The position numbers and the translations under genes are program-made. DNA of 39,117 bases from assembly GCA_943704415.1 (NCBI GenBank), contig CALSCO010001273.1:1-39117 (forward strand), read 5' to 3'. Below the pieces are notes generated by a model. It saw only the letters and a program-made list of their open reading frames with translations, had not been told where the DNA came from and did no database searches. Shown here piece after piece: positions 13,234-23,730 of this stretch. Every line of letters begins with the position of its first letter. Within the stretch, counting starts at the first letter, position 1. Source of the stretch: Parvularia atlantis. Taxonomy: Eukaryota.

Positions 13234-13727
13234 CTGCGAAGCCGACGTCAAGGGGCAAACACACGGTGCCGCTCGCGCGCGCCCGCCCAGCACCCTTGGA
13301 GAAGGTCCGCGAAAGGCCGGTGTTCACCAGTGTTTTTTCGGGGTGATGTTGCGACTCTTGCGGAGCGTCCTGTGAGGTGGGCGCGCCGCCGCAGGAGCGG
13401 GGCACCAGAGATGGCGCAGTTGTGGGGAGGCCGTGGCCACGCCCGCCGGATTGGCACGCGGCCGGGCGCGCCCTGCGCGGTGGATGCCCGGGGCGCGGCG
13501 CCTGGAGCGGACGCGACGCGCGCCCGCCGTCCCGGTGGCGCGAAACGGCCCGCCTCCCCACTCACTTGGAACAGGCCCCGCCGGCGGGAATCCTGTGCAG
13601 TGCAATACGTCGGGCGGCCGCCGCGTGCCACCTGGCCGCGCGCGCCGCAACTGCAGTGCGGACTACTCTCGCGGGGCCGCGCTTTGCCGGGGCCCAATTC
13701 CCTCGCTCAACAACACTGAAAAAACAA

Positions 13728-13839
13728 CGGGACCCGAAAGGTCGCCTGTCACACAGAATGCATGGCGGCGGGTGGGCGATGCGCGGGACCCGCAAGGCGG
13801 GTGATCGTGCATAATGCATGGCGGCGGGCGCCCGCGCGG
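13728..13839. repeat. Degenerate 56-bp tandem duplication in the intergenic promoter region
   Basis: CGGGACCCG(A/C)AAGG at 13728 and 13784; AATGCATGGCGGCGGG at 13757 and 13813; both pairs are 56 bp apart. Confidence 0.75.
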
Positions 13840-13990
13840 CTGACGTCTTTGTTGACGGTGGTCCTTGTTTACGCGCGGCTCAGCATGACGACACCGCGCC
13901 AGCTCGCTCCACCGCGCCAGCGATGCGCGCCTCGGCCTGCACGCGCACGGCGTCATCGACAGTCCCCCAGGGCGCGCGGACACTTCGCGC

Positions 13991-13997
13991 TATAAAG
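13991..13997 (+). promoter_or_regulatory. Probable TATA box of the 14083 gene
   Basis: TATAAAG in GC-rich context, about 35-45 bp before a pyrimidine-rich Inr-like stretch and about 90 bp before the ATG at 14083. Confidence 0.6.
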
Positions 13998-14082
13998 GTG
14001 CGCGGGGCTGCCCGGCCCCCCCGCGGATTGCCTTCCTCACCCTACCCCGCACGCAACAGCCCGCGCAACAGAGAACCCGCTC

Positions 14083-17000
14083 ATGGTCCAGGGCCGCTAC
14101 GACAACGTCGCCGCCAACGAGCTCGGCGTTCGCGAGCAGGACCGTCTGGCCATGCGTCTCGACAAGAAGGTCGCCATGACCGAGCCCGTCGGCGCCTCGA
14201 CCGTGCCCGTCGGCGCCTCGACCGTCCCCATCGGCGCCTCGACCGCGCCCGTCGTCAGCTCGACCGCGCCCATGGGCGCCTCATCGTGGTGCGTGCCCGC
14301 TCACCGTCGCCGCCGCCGCCATTGACCGTGCGCGCCACGGCGACGCAGGCAGCCCGTCTCGATCGGCCAGCAGGCGCCCGTCAGCATGGGCCAGCCGACA
14401 ATGATGGCGGTGCGCGCGTCGTGCTCGTTCGCCAACGATTGCTGACACGTCGCGCCGCGCAGCCCCAGGCGCCCATCGTGCCCGTCGCCGTCACCGGCGG
14501 CGCCGATCCCAACCTCGGCCGCGGCACCGGCTGGGGCACGGGCAAGTGGGGCCCGAACCACCCCGGCCCGGACGTCTTCCCGACCCAAAGCGCCCCGATC
14601 GCCAAGGCCCCGGCCTCGTCCTCGGCCATCCCGTTCACAACCCTGCCCGCCGGCACGTCGCCCACGACCGTCGGCCCGTCGTCGTCGTCGGCCGTGCACA
14701 CCAAGAAGGAGGGCTCGTGGTTCGATCGCCACTTCGGCCGCCATCATGGCACTAAGGCCGAGGGCACCGCCGGCACCGCCGCTGCCGGCCACAAGACCTC
14801 GCCCGGCGTGCGCTTCATGCCCACGCCCACGACGCACCTGCCCAAGCAGGCCGTGCCCGCCGCCCCGCTCGTCGCCCAGCCGACCATCGCTCCGGCCGTC
14901 GTCACCGCGCCCGTGCAGCGGACCGCGCCCGTCGCCAAGCCCGTGCAGGAGAACACGCTCGCGTTCCACTCGGAAGTCCCCGTCAATCGCGTCGGCGCCG
15001 TCTCGACCTCGCGCGCGACCGTCGTGCCGACCGTCGGCCAGCCCATGGTCCAGCCGACCGTCCAGCCGACCGTCCAGCCGACCGTCCAGCCGGCCGTCGC
15101 CCCGAGCAACATTGTCCACAAGCAGCTCCCGACCCAGCCCATCGGCGTCGCGCCGCAGCCCGTCGGCGTCGCCCCCGTCGTGCCGCCGGTCATGGCCGCC
15201 CCGACCGCGCCGATCATCATCCAGGGCCCGTTTCGCGCCGAGCCGCAGCAGCCGCCCGTGACACAGCAGCACATCCGCGACGTCAGCAAGCCCATGCCGT
15301 CCTCGACTTCGTCATTCCCGCTCAAGGACCTGCAAGACCAGCTGCACAAGAAGGAGCAGGAGCTCGCCAACATCCAGCGCCAGCGCGCCGAGCTCAACCA
15401 GCGCCTGATGCACCAGCAGCAGGAGCTCGGCCAGGAGATCCAGTCGAAAGACCAGCAGCAGCAGCAGCTCGAGCGCGAGATCCTCGAGGAGCAGCAGAAG
15501 CTGCAGCTTGAGCTCAACACGAAGGAGGGCGAGATGAAGAGCCTGCAGGATCAGATGCAGCAGCAGCGCACGTACCTCGAGCAGCAGCTGCAGCAGAAGG
15601 AGCGCGAGCAGCGCGAGCTCCAGCACAAGCTGCAGGAGAAGGACCAGCGCGCGCACCACCTCGAGGAGGAGCTCCAGCACCAGCAGTCGCACGAGCAGCA
15701 GCTTCTGCGCGAGAAGGAGCAAGAGTACGAGAGCCTGCAGACGGAGATGCGCAGCAAGGAGCGCGAGCAGCACGGCGTCCTCTCGAGCCTGCAGCAGCAG
15801 ATCTCGTCGATCCAGGGCGAGCTCCGCCAGCGCGACCAGCAGCTGCAACAGCTCAAGGACCAGCGCGAGCAGTTCCGCATTGAGCAGCAGCAGCTCCAGC
15901 AACAGCTCCAGCAGCAGCTCCAGCAGAAGGACCAGCAGCAGCACCAGCTCGAATACGAGCTCCAGCAGCAGCGCCAGCACGTGCAGCAGATCGTCAGCCA
16001 GAAGGAGATGGAGCAGCAGGCCCTCCAGCGCGAGCTCCAGGTCCTGCGCCAGCAGCAGCAGCAGCTCCAGTACCAGCAGCAGCAGGAGCACCAGCGCCTC
16101 CAGGAGCTGCTCCAGCGCAAGGACCAGCGCGAGCACGAGCTCGAGAACCAGCTGCGTACGAACCAGGAGGGCCTCCGCCGCGAGCTCCAGCAGAAGGACC
16201 GCGAGATCGCCGAGCTCACTCAGCGCCTTGGCGGCCGCGACCAGGAGTACTCCCAGCTGCGCATGCAGCTCGAGCAGCAGCAGTCGACTTACGAGGAGCG
16301 TCTGCGCCAGCAGGTGCCCGTGCAGCAGGTCCCGGCCGAGAGCTCGACCGGCTGGATGTGGGACTACTACCATCACAACATCGGTGCGCCGTCTCGTCTG
16401 CGCTGTCTCTTCGCGCTGACCCTCCGCTCGCGCCACAGACGACTCGCTGCCATTCAACGCCGACCGCTTCCGCACGGCCCTGAGCGAGTTCTCGAGCGTG
16501 GGCGTCAGCAACTTTGAGCTCCGCAACCTCCTGTTTGAGTTCAACACGCTCCTGCGCCAGACGCTCTCGGCCAACCTCATGTTCAGCGGCATCCCCAAGG
16601 AGCAGCAGACGCGCGGTGCGTCCGGTGCCAGCGGGGCGCGCCTCGTGCTGAGCGCGCGCGCCGCAGGCTTCAACGAGAAGGCTTTCATGCGCATCTTCGA
16701 CTACGAGCTCGACGACCAGAGCCGCAAGCTGCTCGCGATCCAGTGGCAGGACTTTTTCCGCCGCCTGCACTCGAGCAAGGTGCGCCTTTTGCGTTGCCTG
16801 GCCGTACTCACGCCGCCGTCGCCCTGTAGGACGTGCGCTGCGCCTTCAAGACCATGCTCTACCTGCTCGAGATGATCGGCGCGTCGAGCCAGGCGCACTG
16901 GGACCAGTCGATCCTCGAGTCGGTCTACGGCGTGCGCTCCACGTTCGAGCGCGAGCTGGTGCGTCGTGACTGCCTCGCCGTCGCACCCGTGCGCTCACAC

Positions 17001-19108
17001 CCACGCACAGGGCATCTCGGGCGTGAAGCTTGTCAACGCGCTCAAGGACGTGCACGCGCGCGCGCGCGAGGACACACACTTCTGGGAGGAGCTGGTCGTG
17101 CTCAAGTTCTTCGTCTACTACTCGCTGCGCGACCTGCAGTGGGTCGAGTCGGCTGGTGTGTGCCTCTGCCGCTCGTGCCTGCATGTGCGAGCGGCAACTC
17201 ACGGCCGCGCTCGCAGAGTTTGCCGACAGCGCCCTGGCCATGATCACGCGCTTCCGCCTTGTCGCGCACCGCCACGGCCAGACCATCTCGCGCGCGCTGC
17301 TCAAGTTCAACTTCGTCCTCGAGAAGCTTCGCCAGCGCGGCCTGTCGGTCTCGCAGCCACAGCCGCCGCAGCAGCAGCAGCGGGTGCGCGCGTGCGGCCG
17401 TGTTGTGCGCGCATGTGGTTCACCTTGAGACGCCGCAGGTCATGTCAAAGGAGCCCCAGGACATCTTCTACTACGAGCAGGGCCGCCCGACGCTCAAGCC
17501 CGACTTCCTCGAGCAGTTCCGGTGCGGCCCGCGTCGCGCTCTGCTGTCGCCGTGTCGAGCACTCACGCCCGCGCCGGCCGCAGGTCGCTGCTCATCCCGA
17601 CTGCGGCGCAGTTCCTCAGCAACCTCAAGACGCCGCGCGTGATCGGCTCGGACGAGTCGATGGACTACGAGGCGCGTGCCTGTGCGCGCGCGCGTGTGCG
17701 CGGCCGCCGTGTGCTGAGCCTCGGCCCCGTGTCGCAGATCGATAACATCATTTTCAAGGGCACCGGCGTCGGCTTTGACAAGGTCACGATCGACACGATC
17801 GCGCTCGAGAGCGTCGACCCGAGCATGCAGATGGGCGAGCAGCATGCGACCATCGCTGTCACGTTCTCGGGTGTCATGGCCTCACTCGACCAGGTCAAGT
17901 TTGCCTACCGCCGCAAGAAGGCATGTTCTTGCGCGCGCGCGCAACATGCGACTCTGCGTGTGCTAACCGCGCCGCCGCTCGCCGCCCAGCTCGGCCAGAT
18001 GGAGGACCGCGGCTTCATGGAGGTCGCGCTGCGTGGCTCGGACCTGTGCATCGAGATGGAGCTCAAGCCATGCACGACCATGGGCAACAACCTGTTCAGT
18101 GTGCAGCGCGTGCGCGCTGACGTCTCCGAGATCTACTTTGAGAACGCGACCAACGACGTGCAGGGGTGCGTGAGTGCGCCGCGGCCTGGTGCGTGCGCGG
18201 GCTGACCCCGGGAGGGCAGCCTTGCGCAGTCGTTTAAGCCCGTGATCGAGATCAAGGTCCGCCGCGCTGTGCAGCAGGCGCTTGAGGACATCTTCTACCG
18301 CATCATCGACCACGTGCGTCTGCTGCGTCTGTTTGACGCCGACGTGGCCTAACTCTGGCGGCGCAGGTTGACGGTATCTTGATCAACGAGTACAAGTGGC
18401 AGATCTCGTCCAACACGATGCAGAAGCTCGAGAGCTACGAGCAGAACACGCTCTACGGCAAGGGCGGGTGCGTGCACCCGCTGCGCCTGCGCCGCTGCGT
18501 CGCCTCATGCGGCGTCGCGCGCAGCATCAACGAGCAGGCCTTCCAGCAGCAGTCGAACATCGGCCAGCCGCAGTCGTTTGGCCAGCAGTCGGGTGTGGGC
18601 CAGTGGGACGTCGGCCAGCAGTCGGGCAGCCAGTCGTCGCTGCGCAAGAAGGACGTCGGCCAGCAGTCGTTTGGCCAGCAGTCATCGGATGTGGGCCAGC
18701 AGTCGTTTGGTCAACAGTCGGGCATCGGCCAGCAGCAGTCGTTCGGCCAGCAGCAGTCGTTCGGCCAGCAGCAGTCGTTCGGCCAGCAGCCGGGCATCAG
18801 CCAGCAGCAGCAGTCGTTCGGCCAGCAGCCGGGCATCAGCCAGCAGCAGCAGTCGTTTGGCAAGGGCGGCGCCGACACAGGCTATGTCTACCACAAGGGC
18901 CAGCAGACCGAGCTCAGCCAGGCCAGTTCGTTCAAGGAGCAGCAGCAGACAACCGAGTGGCAGCAGTCCGAGGATCGCTCCGGCTCGTCGCGCTTCAACG
19001 AGGGCCACGCGCGCACGGGCCTGCTCGGCGAGCCGCAGTGCGTTCCGTGCGCGTCTACGTCCGCTCGCACGCTGACCTCGACCGGCCCCGCCCGCGCGCA
19101 GCTTCTGA
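14083..19108 (+). CDS. Large protein: Pro/Val/Thr-rich N-terminus, Q/E coiled coil, HAM1-like (DUF5923/DUF4449-type) domain, GQQSF-repeat tail; about 16 introns
   Basis: ATG 14083; coiled coil about 15320-16310. Spliced core LKPDFLEQFRSLLIP..NLKTPRVIGSDESMDYEIDNIIF..FSGVMASLDQVKFAYRRKK..EDRGFMEV..FSVQRVRADV..FKPVI..AVQQALE resembles fungal HAM1-like proteins (family from memory). Last exon ends TTC TGA at 19108. Confidence 0.65.
14185..14283 (+). repeat. 21-bp coding tandem repeat (PVGASTV-like, about 4.5 copies)
   Basis: cccgtcggcgcctcgaccgtg and variants in exon 1. Confidence 0.8.
18557..18860 (+). repeat. Coding repeats (G)QQ(Q)SFG / GQQPGISQQQQSF
   Basis: 18-bp unit cagcagcagtcgttcggc and a duplicated 39-bp unit, directly visible. 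Confidence 0.85.
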
Positions 19109-19246
19109 GCGGCCGGCCTTTGCCGTCTCTTGTTTCTCTTGTGTTGTGTGTGTGAAACGCTCAGCATAAAGTAAACCTTTTCGTGGCGCCAGCGCGGAAA
19201 GAAACAAAGAGAGAGGAGAGAGAAGACAGCGGCACCGGGTCGCCGC

Positions 19247-21603
19247 TCAGTCGAACGTGATCGGCCCCTCATCTTTCTTCTTGTTGTTGTCGTACGGCCG
19301 GCACAAGAAGTAGCTGCGCACGGTGCGGGCGGCGTCAGCAACGTTGGTCAGGCGCACCGCCCTCGCAGACGCACAGCGCCGCCAGCACGATCACGCCGAG
19401 CATGACAAAGATGTAAATCGTGTAGATGTAGTGCAACCCGCGCATGTTGTTGATCTGCGTGCGCGCACACCGTGAGCCCCACGGCAACGCGCGCGAGTCG
19501 ATGCGCGCACCTGGACCGTGAAGGTTGCCGAGACGGCCGTGAAGCGCACGTAGTCGGCGAACGCCACGGCGCACATCTGCACCACGGCCAACGAGCCCGT
19601 CAGGAACAGCCACGTGTTGAACAGGAGCGAGTTCATGAGCGTGTTGTGCAGCTGCAGCCGCCGACGCTCAGCGGCAACCTGCAGGCGCGCGCGGCACGGC
19701 ACGGACGCACCTCGAGCGTGTACAGCGTGAAGAATACGAAGCGAACGCCAAGCTTGACGCTCCCCTTGAGCACGCACAGCAGCAGGTAGAACGCAAAGAT
19801 GCTGCGGGCGGCGCGGCGTGAGGGAGGCGGGCGAAGCGAGAGTCGGCTCAGGGCGCGCACCCGTACGCCGCGGGCCCCGCAAACGGCGCCTTGTCAAGCG
19901 CCTGGAACATTGAGCTTAGCAGGGGGATGATCGCGGGCTGGCCGAGCGAGACGGGCACCTTTGCGGCGCCCGCGTCAGGCACCGAGCCAATCAGCGGCGG
20001 CGGGCGCACACCTGAGCGAGAATGAACTGCAGCAGCCACATGATGGAGAGGCTGATGCTGATGATGCCGAGGAACAGCCGGAACCACTGCACGTGTGCGC
20101 GCCGTGCGTTCAGGCCATATGCCCCTCGAACCGACGCGCGAGCGCGCGCATCACACCTGCCAGATGATGTTGCCACCCTGCTTCTGGTACGACTCCTCCA
20201 CAAGCTTGTAGTCGCTCTCGAGCAGGTACACCTGCGCCTGGTACTCCTTGGCGCGTGCCTCAGCCTTGCGGATGAGCTTGCGCTTCTTCGACTGCTCGGC
20301 GTCCTCCTTGAGCTTCTTAATCTCCTTGCCCTCGCTCAGCAGCTTGCGCGCGCGCTGGCCAACGATGTGCTTGAGCTTGGTGTACTCGGTCAGCCGGATC
20401 GGGCGTGGGCGGTGGATGAAGCCCTGGATGTAGTCCTGCGGGCGCTCGTTGTGAGGCGACAGGCGCGCCACAGCGCAGCACGCGCGCACCAGCGGCACGG
20501 CGATCAGTCCCACGCCGCCGAAGAAGACGAGCGCGACCCAGCCAAACAGGTTCACGATGGCGATGATGTACACGATCGGCGACACGCGGATGCTGCGCGC
20601 CCGCGGCCGGGTCAGCGGAGGCGCGTGCGAGCTGCGTCCAGCGAAGACAGCGTGCCTGATGCTGCGCGTGAAGGACGTGCACAGGGGTTCGCCGTTCAGG
20701 CTCAGCGCGCAGTACGCCGGGTTGGACACGTCCGCGGTGAAGTCGACCAGCGGCGCCTGGGCGAAGTTTGTGAGGCGGCAGGACGCGGCGGCGGCGGCGG
20801 CGGCGGGCCGCGCACCGACAGCACGGTCAGCGGCAGGTCGACGTAGCCGAAGAACCAGTAGCAGACGATGATGATGATCGCGGCGATGATGATGAGCGGC
20901 GTGACCCACGCGAACGCGTAGCAGGCCTGGGCGGGCGCGCGTGGGCACAGGGCGATCACGTGAGCGCGCACGCGGCCGCACCTGGTAGCGCCACGTCTGC
21001 TTGCTGTCGTCCTCCGACAGGCCCTCGTAGTAGAAGTAGGCGAAGGGCAGGATGCCGAAGAAGAGGACGATGCTAATGAGATAGAAGGCGTACTCGAGCT
21101 CGCGCATCGGGAACAGCCCCTGCGCGTTGATCTGCCCGGCTTGCGTGGCCACGTCGAGCGGCATGAGCAGCACGTTGGCGCAGGCGACGACTGTGCGCGT
21201 CTTGCGCGTGAGCGTGGCCTCCGTGCGCCCTCCGCACGTGCGCCGCACCGATGCTGAGGATCACGACGATCTTCGGGAACCACGCGACGTTCTGCGCGCA
21301 CGTGACCGACCATCAGCCGCCCGCTCACGCGTCGACGCAGCAGCAGTAGCAGCGGCGGCGCACCCGGTCCTCGGGGTGCTGGAAGTACACGACAAAGTAC
21401 ACGGCGCCGACGATCATCGCCTAAAAGTCGCGCGCCGCGTGCCGTCAGCGCGGGAGGTCGCCGTGCGCGCCGTGCGCCGCGCACGATGAACGCGACGACC
21501 GTCGTGACGACGAGCACGATGTCGGCCGCGTTGAGTGTCGACACTGGGGCGGGCGCGGTGGGCGGCGCCGTGAGCGAGGCGTGAGCTGTGCGGAGCACGC
21601 ACT
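19247..21603 (-). CDS. LMBR1-domain (LIMR family) multi-pass membrane protein; start codon split by an intron
   Basis: YFVVYFQHPED..AWFPKIVV..NVLLMPLDVA..ILPFAYFYYEG..FGGVGLIAVPL.YIQGFIHRPRPI..NTLMNSLLFNTWL..AVVQMCAVAFADY; starts A|TG TCG ACA; ends EGPITFD* at 19247. Confidence 0.88.
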
Positions 21604-21693
21604 CTGTACGCTGTCCTCTGTCCTTCCGTCCACACAATAACTGCTACGGAACTGCGCAGGCGTGGTAGCGGCAGCCGGTAGAATTTGAACAGT

Positions 21694-21818
21694 ATGGGCG
21701 ATCCGTTCGCGGGCGCGGGCGTCGACGCGTCCGTCTCGGCCGAGCTGCTGCTGCTGGCGGACGACGCGGCGCTGGACGCCGACGTGCCGCTCGTGGCCGA
21801 CGACGACGCCAAGCAGCA

Positions 21819-21851
<33 letters not shown>

Positions 21852-22219
21852 GGGGCAGCGGGGGCACGACAGGCACAACAGCGACGACGAGATCGACCCC
21901 GCGTTGCTCTTCATCAACGTCGACGGGATCGATGGCACCCCGGCCGACAGCGACCGCTACGTGCTCAAGGCCTTCGCAGGGCCGGCCGGCGCCGACACCG
22001 ACGACGAGGCGCCACCGTCGCCCGTGCAGGTGCTCGCGCAGCCGCTGCCACCGAGCCAGCGCCGGGTGTGTCGACGAGGCGTGCCTGACGACGACGGCGC
22101 GCACTGACGCCGCGCATCGCGCAGAGCCGGCTGACGGTGCCGGGCGCGAGCGAGGGCAATGGCGGCGAGGTGCGTTTGGGGACTGTGGAGGGACACCGGA
22201 CCGCTCACGTCGCGCGCCT

Positions 22220-22256
<37 letters not shown>

Positions 22257-23685
22257 CCGCGGGAAGATCATCCGCCAGCGCTCGTCCCGCGACGACTCGT
22301 CGCCGCCGTCCACGACCGACGCGGCCAGCGGCAGCGACAGCGCGGGCGCGGACGGCGGCAGCGGCGGCGGCGCCGGTGGGTCCGGCGGCGAGCAGATGCA
22401 GGTCAACGGGGCGCCGGCTGCCACCGATCTGGCTGCCAAGCCCAAGCGCAAGGTCGTACGGCAGCGCAGCGCGTCCAACCCGGAGATCACGACCATCCCG
22501 AGCGGGCCGGGCAGCAGCGGCAGCCTGCACGCGCCGGGGCCGGTCGACCAGGTGCGGCGCGCTTGCTTGCGCCTCCTGTTGCGTATGACCTGACACGCGC
22601 CGCGCAGCTGCCAAACGCCAACTCGTTCGTGAGCCTGCACGACGTGCGAGCGCTGCGTCTGGCTGCCGCCAGCTAGTGCTCACGCGCGCCCCCCGGGCGC
22701 CCTGCAGCTCAAGGACCAGCTGCTGGAGCCGCTCACGGGCGCGGTGCCGGTCATCTTCGAACCAGAGGGGCAGTGGGATGACTCGCTGCTCGTGAACGAC
22801 GAGCGCTCAAGTGCGTTGCGCGCGCACGCATGCTGGTGCACGCTGAGCGCGCGCAGTCGCGTCGGCCTCGCCGCACGAGGACGACCACACGCGCGAAATG
22901 TTTGGGATGTACAGCACGCGTGAGCTCAAGGGTGCGCCTGACCCGCGCTGCTGCGCACGCATGCTCACGCTGTCGCGCAGACGCAGCGCTGTACGGCGAC
23001 GCGGCCGGCGGCAGCAGCTACCTGCACGTCCAGGCACAGCCGCCGCTGCACGTCGACCCCGTGCGCGCCGTTTGCTGCTGTGCTGCGTGCCCCCCCGGTC
23101 CTCATGCACCGGCACGCGCAGGCGCAGTACCCGTCGCTCATGCGCGCGTGGAACTCGCCGCCGCAGCCGCCGCTGCAACGGGGTGCTCGCGATGGGCGGG
23201 TGCAGCGGCTGCCGTCGCCCGACAGCACGCTCGTGACCGGGCGGTACTTTGCGATGCCGCCGGGCGCTCCGCTGGGCCTGGGCACGGACGCAGCCGGGGC
23301 CAGCCTGCTGCCCGAGGACGAGGGGCAGCGGCATGTGCGGCGGTCGCGGTCGATGGGCGGGCACCCGGAGGAGATCGCGCGGCTGATGTTCAATCCGGCA
23401 ATCCTCACGAGCGCGCCGGGCACGCTGCCCACGGCCGCGTCGCTCGTGGCGAACCACCCCCTGCCCAGCTTCCCCGCGCAGCTCACGCCGACCTTCGCGG
23501 CCGTGCCGCCGCAGCAGCGCACGATCCTGCCGCGGCTGTCGCTCGGGAGCAACACGGGCAGCCCGGGCTCGAACGCGAGCAGCCCGAAGAGCGCGACCGG
23601 GGCGCTGGCCGCGGCCGCATCGCGCCGCTGGACGTTTGTCGACGCGACGAAGAGCATCGTCACGGGGCGCAAGGGGTCCAAGTGA
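21694..23685 (+). CDS. Low-complexity/disordered protein of unknown function with polyQ and RxRxxS motifs; may be the 5' part of the downstream gene
   Basis: ATG 21694; several GT..CTGAC/CTCAC..AG introns join in frame; coding-like codon usage; TGA at 23683-23685. No domain recognised. Confidence 0.55.
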
Positions 23686-23730
23686 CGCGCCGCGAAGGTT
23701 TTGCGTGTATTCGGCGCTCATTGCGGAGAG

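Noticed and set aside
13818..14082. ORF-track start (13818) of the 899-aa ORF
   Set aside because: It runs through the TATA box and promoter repeats; the spliced model starting at 14083 fits better.
15312..16694. Long Leu-rich and Cys/Ser/Trp-rich minus-strand ORFs
   Set aside because: Antisense shadows of the CAG/GAG-rich coiled-coil exon.
18557..18860. Repeat array as a possible CRISPR
   Set aside because: Units are multiples of 3, lie in a coding exon, have no unique spacers, and no cas genes are present in this eukaryotic context.
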